Shown: in pieces, positions 14,416 to 22,800 of the stretch
Layout: the number at the start of each line of letters is the position of its first letter
How positions within the stretch are numbered: the stretch's first letter is position 1
DNA from: an uncultured Clostridia bacterium
GTDB taxonomy: Bacteria > Bacillota > Clostridia > Tissierellales > DATGTQ01
Direction: 5' to 3'
DNA length: 64,000 nucleotides
NCBI GenBank assembly: GCA_964447805.1
Contig: CAYUTQ010000009.1
Span: forward strand, 2,025 to 66,024
Translations under genes and position numbers: made by a program
The notes under the pieces: model-generated
What the model saw: only the letters and a program-made list of their open reading frames with translations
What the model was told of the DNA's origin: nothing
The model's database searches: none

Positions 14416-16872
14416 GTGGTTAAAATTAAGGCTGTAATTATGTCAGGTGGTCAAGGAACTAGATTGAGACCTCTAACTTGTCAACTTCCTAAACCTATGG
14501 TTTCTATTTTAAATAAACCAGTAATGGAATATGCAGTAGAATTGTTAAAAAAAAGTAAGATTGAAGAAATAGGTGTTACTTTATATTATTTATCTTCATG
14601 TATTATAGATTATTTTCAAGATGGTAGTAAATATGATGTTAATATAAGATATTTTGTAGAAGAAAAACCCTTAGGTACAGGTGGTAGTGTAAAAAATGCA
14701 GGAAAATTTTTAGATGATACTTTTGTTGTAGTAAGTGGAGATGCTTTTACTAATATAAATTTGAAAAGAGCTCTAAAATTTCATAGAGAAAGAAATTCTA
14801 AGGCTACTCTTGTATTAAAAAAGGAACCTATACCTTTAGAATATGGAGTAGTAATAACAAATAAGGATGGAAAGATAACTAAATTTTTAGAGAAACCCAG
14901 TTGGGGAGAAGTTTTTAGTGACACAATAAACACTGGAATATATATATTGGAGCCAGAAGTAATGGAGTATTATGAACTAGGCGAGAAATTTGATTTTAGC
15001 AAAGATTTATTTCCTAAACTTTTGAAGGATGGTATACCTATGTATGGATATATTACTAATGAGTATTGGTGTGATATAGGGGATTTAGATACTTATATTA
15101 ATACTCAAAGAGATATTTTAAGTGGAAGAGTCAAGGTACCTTTAAAATCTTATGAAATAGAAAAAGGAATTTGGGTGGGAGAAGGTACTATTATTGAAGA
15201 AGGTGTAAAAATTCATCCTCCTGTTTATATAGGAGAAAATAATGTAATTAAAAAAAATACTATTTTGGATTCTTATACAGTGATAGGAAACAATTGTTAT
15301 TTGGATAGTAATAGTTTTTTAAAAGGAACAATTTTATGGGATAATGTAAAAATTTTAGAAAATGTAGAAGTAAGAAGGTCAGTTGTTTGTGATCATGTAA
15401 ATATAGGTAAGAAAGCTAAGATAAAAGAAAATACAGTTATAGGGTCACATTCAAAAATAGATAAAGAAGTCCATGTTCAAAAAGGAATAAAGATATGGCC
15501 ACATAAAAAAGTAGGTGAAAAAATGGTAATTGGTGAAAATATAATCTGGTCTACTAAGATGACTAATAAAATATTTGGATATAGAGATGTATCTGGACGA
15601 ATTGATGTAGATTTAACACCGGAAAGAGTTACTAAGATAGGAATAGCATTTGGATATTGTATTAAAAATAATGGAACATTTGTTGTAAGTTGTGATGGCT
15701 CAAATACTTCTGAAGCTATAAAAAATTGTATAAATTCGGGGTTAATATTTTCTGGAGGAGAAGTAATTGATTTGGGAAATAGTCCAATATCAGCTTTAAG
15801 ATTTGGTGTTAGATATTTTGGTGGAGATGGGGGCATATATGTAAGAAATGATTATTTAGATAAAAATAAAATTTCTATTGAATTTGTAGAAAAAGCAGGT
15901 TCAAACATTGATAGAAATATTGAAAGAAAAATAGAAAATATTCTTATGATAGAAGATTTTGAAAGATGCAAGGGAGACAACTTAAAAGAAGTAATAAAAA
16001 TAGATAACTTTTACTCTATTTACAAAGAAGAAGGTCAAAAAATTCTTAATAACAAGAATTTAACTGAAGAAAAGCAACCAAAAGTTTTGATAGTATCCAA
16101 ATCAGATTATATTTTATTATTAGCAAAAGAGTATTTGTCAACTATTGGTTGTATTGTGGAGATAGTAAGTTTGTCTCATAAATCTACTATAGATGAAAAT
16201 AATATGAAAGATTTGGGTAAGCAAGTTGCTAGTAAAAAAATGAATTTAGGAATATTTTATAAAAATAATGGTGAAAATATATTTTTAATAGATAATAAAG
16301 GTAGAATTATAAAAGATGAACAATATTTTCTTTTAACTTCATTTTTAGGATTAAAAAGTAGGGAAATTGAGGAAATAGTTATACCTTATAATTTTCCCAG
16401 TGTTATTAATAAGTTAGTAGATAAATATAAAGGTAAAATAATTGTAAGTAAAACTTATCCAACAGAAGTAATGAGAGAAATGATTAAAAAAGATTATTTT
16501 TGTCAATATATTTTAAATTTTGATCCAATATGGGGTTCTGGGAAGTTAATAGATTATTTAGTAGGAGAAAACAAAAATTTAAGCGATTTAGTAGATGAAT
16601 TACCAGAATACTATTATATTAAAAAAGAATTATCTTGTAATTGGGAAGACAAAGGTAAAGTAATTAGACTTTTAATAGAAGATAATAATGAGAAAATAGA
16701 AATGTTTGAAGGTATAAAAATTAAGAATGATAAAGGCTGGGCTTTAATTTTACCAGATAAGGAAAAACCACATTTCAATCTTTATGTAGAGGGTTTCCAG
16801 GAGGAATATGCTGAAGAATTGTCTGATTTATATGAAAAGAAGATAAAAATGCTCTTAAAAGATAATACCTAA
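14416..16872 (+). CDS. Sugar-1-phosphate nucleotidyltransferase (NTP_transferase plus left-handed beta-helix) fused to a degenerate phosphohexomutase-like module
   Basis: N-terminus AVIMSGGQGTRLRPLT, hexapeptide-repeat middle region, and a C-terminal half collinear with PGM/PMM domains I-IV. The start is uncertain: the GTG at 14416 overlaps the AAGGAG RBS, an in-frame ATT at 14425 would give MKAVIM, and an ATG at 14440 is also possible. Confidence 0.8.
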   Translation: MVKIKAVIMSGGQGTRLRPLTCQLPKPMVSILNKPVMEYAVELLKKSKIEEIGVTLYYLSSCIIDYFQDGSKYDVNIRYFVEEKPLGTGGSVKNAGKFLDDTFVVVSGDAFTNINLKRALKFHRERNSKATLVLKKEPIPLEYGVVITNKDGKITKFLEKPSWGEVFSDTINTGIYILEPEVMEYYELGEKFDFSKDLFPKLLKDGIPMYGYITNEYWCDIGDLDTYINTQRDILSGRVKVPLKSYEIEKGIWVGEGTIIEEGVKIHPPVYIGENNVIKKNTILDSYTVIGNNCYLDSNSFLKGTILWDNVKILENVEVRRSVVCDHVNIGKKAKIKENTVIGSHSKIDKEVHVQKGIKIWPHKKVGEKMVIGENIIWSTKMTNKIFGYRDVSGRIDVDLTPERVTKIGIAFGYCIKNNGTFVVSCDGSNTSEAIKNCINSGLIFSGGEVIDLGNSPISALRFGVRYFGGDGGIYVRNDYLDKNKISIEFVEKAGSNIDRNIERKIENILMIEDFERCKGDNLKEVIKIDNFYSIYKEEGQKILNNKNLTEEKQPKVLIVSKSDYILLLAKEYLSTIGCIVEIVSLSHKSTIDENNMKDLGKQVASKKMNLGIFYKNNGENIFLIDNKGRIIKDEQYFLLTSFLGLKSREIEEIVIPYNFPSVINKLVDKYKGKIIVSKTYPTEVMREMIKKDYFCQYILNFDPIWGSGKLIDYLVGENKNLSDLVDELPEYYYIKKELSCNWEDKGKVIRLLIEDNNEKIEMFEGIKIKNDKGWALILPDKEKPHFNLYVEGFQEEYAEELSDLYEKKIKMLLKDNT

Positions 16873-16894
16873 TAAGTGTGAAAGGAAGAGTTAG

Positions 16895-19800
16895 ATGTAT
16901 TTAAAATTTATTATATTAGCTTTTTTAGTAAGCTTTTTAGCTGGTTACATAGTTTTGAGTTTAAGAAAAGAAAAAGATAAAGAATTTTTAGAAGTAAAAG
17001 ATGTGTTATTGACTCCTGATGAATTAATAAGTCATGGAAGAGAATTGGGAAGATTACATTATATTGATAAAAAAAAGAATGTGAAAAAGCTTCTTTTATA
17101 TAGATTGGATAAAAATTTTGCTGTTATAGAAGATATTTACTTAAAATTTAATAAAGATATCAATAATGGTATGTCTTTGCCTAGGGCAGCTGAGTGGATT
17201 TTAGATAATTTTTATATTATAGAACTTCAATACAAAAGAGCAAGACGAAGTATAGAAAGTGAAAAAGAATTGGTACTAAATACTTTAAAATCAGGTCCAT
17301 TAAAAGGTTATCCTAGAATTTATGCTATTGTGTTGGATTTAGTAGCTCATTCGGAAGGAGTAGTAACAGAAGGAAATTTAATAAGTTTTATAGATTCATA
17401 TCAAAAAGAAAAAGTTCTTACAATTAGGGAAGTTTCTTCACTATCTTTAATGTTAAATATTGCTTTATTAGAGTATATTAAATCTATTGTAATACTTATA
17501 GAAGAAATTCAAAAAAATTGGAGAGAAGCAGAAAAAATTAATTTATCTATTCTTTTAGAAACAGATACAATAGTTAATAATATTTTTAAAGCTGATACTT
17601 CTTATATAGAGCATTTACTTAGGAGAATTAAGAGTGAAAGGGAAGATTATAATAATATAATAAGTTTTATTGATAAAAAATTGAACTATTTAGGTACAGA
17701 TATAAATTCTGTATTAGAAAAAGAATATAAGAAACAAGGTTCCATAAAGATTTCAATAGGAAATGGTATTACAAGTTTGAAATCTATTTCTAATTTAAAT
17801 TGGGAAGATATATTTGAACAACTTTGTTTAGTTGAAAGAATACTAAAAAAAGATCCTGCTAATATTTATGATAAAATGGATTCTCAGTCTCGAAATTACT
17901 ATAGATATCAAGTTGAAAAGCTTACTAAAGTTTTAAAAACAGAAGAAGCATATATTTCTAGTAAAGCATTAGAATTTGCGAAAATTAAAGCAGCGGAAGG
18001 AAAAAATGATAAGTCAAGTCATATTGGATACTATATTGTAGACAAAGGCAGAGATAAAATTTTTGAAAACTTAGGTTATAACAATTCTAAGAATGGTATC
18101 TATTATAAACATATTGATATATATACTATTCCTATTATATTTTTAACTTTATTTACAGCTTTTTTATTTTGTCGTTATGTTTTTTTAAAGAGTAATTTTT
18201 GGTTGAGTTTATTAGTTGGAGTTGTAATATTAATTCCTATTAGTAATATTTCAATAATTTTAGTTAATTTTATTTATTCAAAATTAATAAACCCTGTGTT
18301 GTTACCAAAGCTTGAATTGAAAGAGGAAATACCTGAAGAATTATCTACTATTGTGGTAATGCCTACTCTTTTGTTTAATGAAGAAAGAGTAGAAGAATTG
18401 TGTGAAAAATTAGAAATTTATTATTTAGCAAATAAAGAAGAAAATTTATATTTTTCAATAATTGGAGATTTTAAAGATGGTCCAGATGAGGTTAGCAAAG
18501 AAGATAGAAAAATAATTGAGAAAGGTCTAGAATGTATAGAAAAATTAAATAGAAAATATAGTAAAGGACATAATATTTTTTATTTTTTCCATAGAAAAAG
18601 AGTTTATAGTGGCAATGAAAAAAGATGGATGGGTTGGGAAAGAAAAAGAGGAGCTTTAATAGAATTTAATAGTTTAATATTAGGGGATGATAATACAACT
18701 TTTAATGTTATTTCCAGTGACATATCATTATTGAGAGAAAAAATAAAATATGTAATAACTTTAGATGGAGATACACAACTTCCTTTAGATACAGCAAAAA
18801 AATTAATTGGAACTATTAGTCATCCTTTAAATAGGCCTATTTTTGATGAAGATAAAAATATTGTTATAGAAGGTTATGGATTGATTCAACCTAGAATAAT
18901 AATAGATATAGAGAGTGGAAATAAATCTTTATTTACTAGAATTTATGCAGGACAAGGAGGAATTGATCCTTATACAACAGCAGTATCTGATATATATCAG
19001 GATTTATTTGGAGAAGGTATATTTGTAGGTAAGGGTATTTATCAATTAGATGTATTTCAAAAATGTTTAAAAGATAGTATTCCGGAAAACACCATATTGA
19101 GTCATGATTTATTAGAAGGAAGTTTTGTAAGAGTTGGATTAGCAACAGATATAGAATTAGTTGATGGATATCCAGAAAAGTACAATTCATATATAATGAG
19201 ACAACATAGATGGGTTAGAGGCGATTGGCAGCTTATAAAGTGGTTAGGAAGAAAGAAAACTATCTTGTCTAAGCTGTCTAAGTGGAAAATATTTGATAAT
19301 CTTAGAAGAAGTTTAATATCTATTAGTTTAACATTATTGATAATTTTAGGGTTGATTTTTTTCCCAGGGAACGTAATGTATTGGATGAGTTTAGCTTTAT
19401 CGACTATATTTTTCCCATTTTTATTATCAGTAATCGATGTAATATTTTTCAATGGTATGAAATTTGACAGATGGAAATTAAATGGCAATATAATCACTGG
19501 ACCAACAGGTTATCTATATCAAGGAATTTTATATTTTATGTTTTTGCCTTATGAAGGCTATATAATGGCAGATGCTATATTGAGAACCCTTTATAGAGTT
19601 TTTATTTCTAAAAAAAATTTGCTTCAGTGGACTACAGCATTTGAAATAGAGAAAAATTTAGGTAATAGTTTAATAAACTATTTTAGACGAATGTCAAAAA
19701 ATATAGTTGTAGCTTTTTTGACTATTATTTTAACTTATTTTATACATTATGAAAATATTATATTAGCAGGTTTGATTGGTACATTGTGGATTGTAGCACC

Positions 19801-22800
19801 TTATTTTGCATATTTAATTAGTAAGGAAGAAATTGAATATGTGAAATTAGATTTTCAAAACATAAGAACTTTGAGAAGAATAGGAAGAAAAACATGGGAT
19901 TATTACGAAAAGTATACTGATGAAAAAAATAATTTTTTGCCACCAGACAATTATCAAGAATATCCATATAATGGATTAGCTTATAGAACATCACCTACTA
20001 ATATAGGCTTTTATTTGATGGCAGTACTTTCAGCTAGGGATTTTGGATATATAACTACAACACAAATGATTAATTTAATAAATAGAACTTTGCAGACTAT
20101 AAGAAAGATGGAAAAATGGAATGGACATTTATATAATTGGTATAATACTACAACTTTGAAGCCTTTAAGGCCTTATTTTGTTTCTACTGTAGATAGTGGA
20201 AATTTTGTATCTTATCTTATTACTTTAAAAGAAGGAATTGAAGAATATCTATATAAACCATTAATAGATAAAGTTTTTTTGGAAGGTATAAAGGATACAA
20301 TAGAATTAATAGAAAATCGTGAGATACAAATGGTATTAGTTGATGAAGGATTAGATAGTATTGAAGATTTATCTATGTGTAAAATAAATAATTTAATAGT
20401 GAAAGCTAATAGAGCCAAAAAAGATAAAAAGGATAAATGGATAGAAGAAACAATAATTCAACTTTATAATCTGAAAGAAGTGTATGAAAAGTATTTTCCC
20501 AATGATGAAATTAATAAAAAATCATGTGGAGATATAAAATATTCTTTTTCAGCAATAGAATTGGAAATTTATTATGATGAAGTTCTTTCTTTTTTAGAAG
20601 ATAATGAATTAGAATTAGAGATTAATAAATTAAATATAAATGTTAAAAATCTAATATCTGATATGAAAATGGCAATTGTTGAAATAGAAGAACTAATAAA
20701 GGAAACAAAATTTGCTCCTTTATATGATTTTAAAAAAGATTTATTTTCTGTAGGTTATAATGTTCAAGACAAAGTATTATTGAATTCTTATTATGATTTA
20801 TTGGCATCTGAGGCTAGAATTACAAGTTATATAGCTATATCAAGAAGAGAAGTACCTAAAGAACATTGGTTTAAATTGGGGAGGCCTTTAATAATTAAAA
20901 AAGGATATAGAAGTTTAGCTTCTTGGTCTGGAACTATGTTTGAATATTTGATGCCCTCTTTAGTAATGAAAAATTTTAAAAATACTCTATTAGATGAAAG
21001 TTACAAAACTGTAATAAAGCTTCAAAGAAGTTATTGTAAGAGAAATAAAATACCTTGGGGAATATCGGAATCAGGTTTTTTTGCATTTGATTCTAATTTA
21101 AATTATCAATATAAAGCTTTTGGAGTTCCTTATTTAGGTTTTAAAAGAGGACTAAAAGAAGATTTAGTAGTATCCCCTTATGCTACTTTTTTAGTTCTAC
21201 CCTTTGAACAAGAAAAAGTTTTAGAAAATATTCATAGTTTGATATATGAAGGCTTAGAAGGAGAATATGGTTTTTATGAGGCTATAGATTATACTAAAAA
21301 AAGGCTTCCTATAGATATGGGTAAAGCTGTAGTAAAAAGCTATATGACTCATCATCAAGGAATGATTATTACAGCAATAAATAATGTGTTAAATAATAAT
21401 ATTATGATTCAACGGTTTCACAATTATTCCCAAATGAAATGTGGAGAATTGTTATTACAAGAAAAAGTTCCAATTAATATTATTGTGGCAAAAGAGAAGG
21501 AAAATTTACAAGATACAAATCAAGAAGAATTTAAAGATGAAGGAGTAGTTGTACGTAGTTTTAATAAGAATAGTTTAAATACTTTAAAATGTCATATACT
21601 TTCTTCTGGAGATTACTCTACAATGCTTACAAATAGAGGGGAAGGTTATTCGAAAAAAAATGATATTTTTATAAATAGATGGCGTAAAGATATATTTTCT
21701 AGAGAATATGGAATGTTTATATATATAAAAAATTTAAAGAATAATACTTACTGGTCTACAACTTATAAACCAACAAATAAAATACCAGATGATTATAGAG
21801 TTAAATTTTCTAGTGATAAAGCAACTTTTTATAGAACCGATGGGTTGATTGAAACAAAAATGGAGGTAGTTCTTCTTTCGGAAGAAGATGGAGAAATTAG
21901 AAAAGTAACTATTACAAATAATTCATCGGAAGAGGCTTTAATAGATGTGACCAGTTATTTTGAAGTAGTGGGAGATAGGTACGAATCTGATTTGGCTCAT
22001 CCAGTATTTAATAATTTATTTGTTAGGACTATGAAATTAGAAGATTATGAGGCAGTATTAGCTCACAGACGGACAAAGGAAGGAGAGCAAAAAAAGGTTT
22101 GGATAACTCATAGTGTTAAGGATTTTCAAGAAAATACTACTGGTTTTCAATGTGAGACCAATAGAGTTAATTTTGTTGGCCGTTGTAGAGATTTATCTAA
22201 TCCTATTGGATTGGAAAAGGGGTTGTCTAATACTACTGGTGTGGTTTTAGATCCAATTCTTAGTTTAAACAAAAGGCTTAGAATTAAAGGTGGGGGAAGT
22301 AGTGAAATCTATTTTGTGACTAGTATTAATGAGAGTAAAAAAGATGCCTATAAGATAATACAAAGGTATCAAGATAAGTTGAGTTTTTCGAGAGCTTTTA
22401 ATTTAGCTTATACTCGTAGCCAAACAGAAATAAGTTATTTAAATTTCAAACCAACCCAAATCAAAATGTTTGATAATATGTTATCTAGTTTATTGTTTTT
22501 AAATACTGCTAATAAAACAAAATATAAGTCTATATTGAAAGATAGTATGAAAGGTCAGGAAGGATTATGGGCTTATGGAATTTCTGGAGACAATCCTATA
22601 GTTTTGGTAACTATTAAGACTATGGAAGGTATAGATGTTTTAAAAGAGATGTTGAAAGCACATGAATACTGGTTCTTTAAAGGATTGAGAGTTGATTTAA
22701 TTGTATTAAATGGTGATGAAAGTTCCTATTATCAGCCGTTATTAGAACGTATAAATGAAGTAATTTATGAATATAGAGGAAATGTAGTAGAGACACCAGG

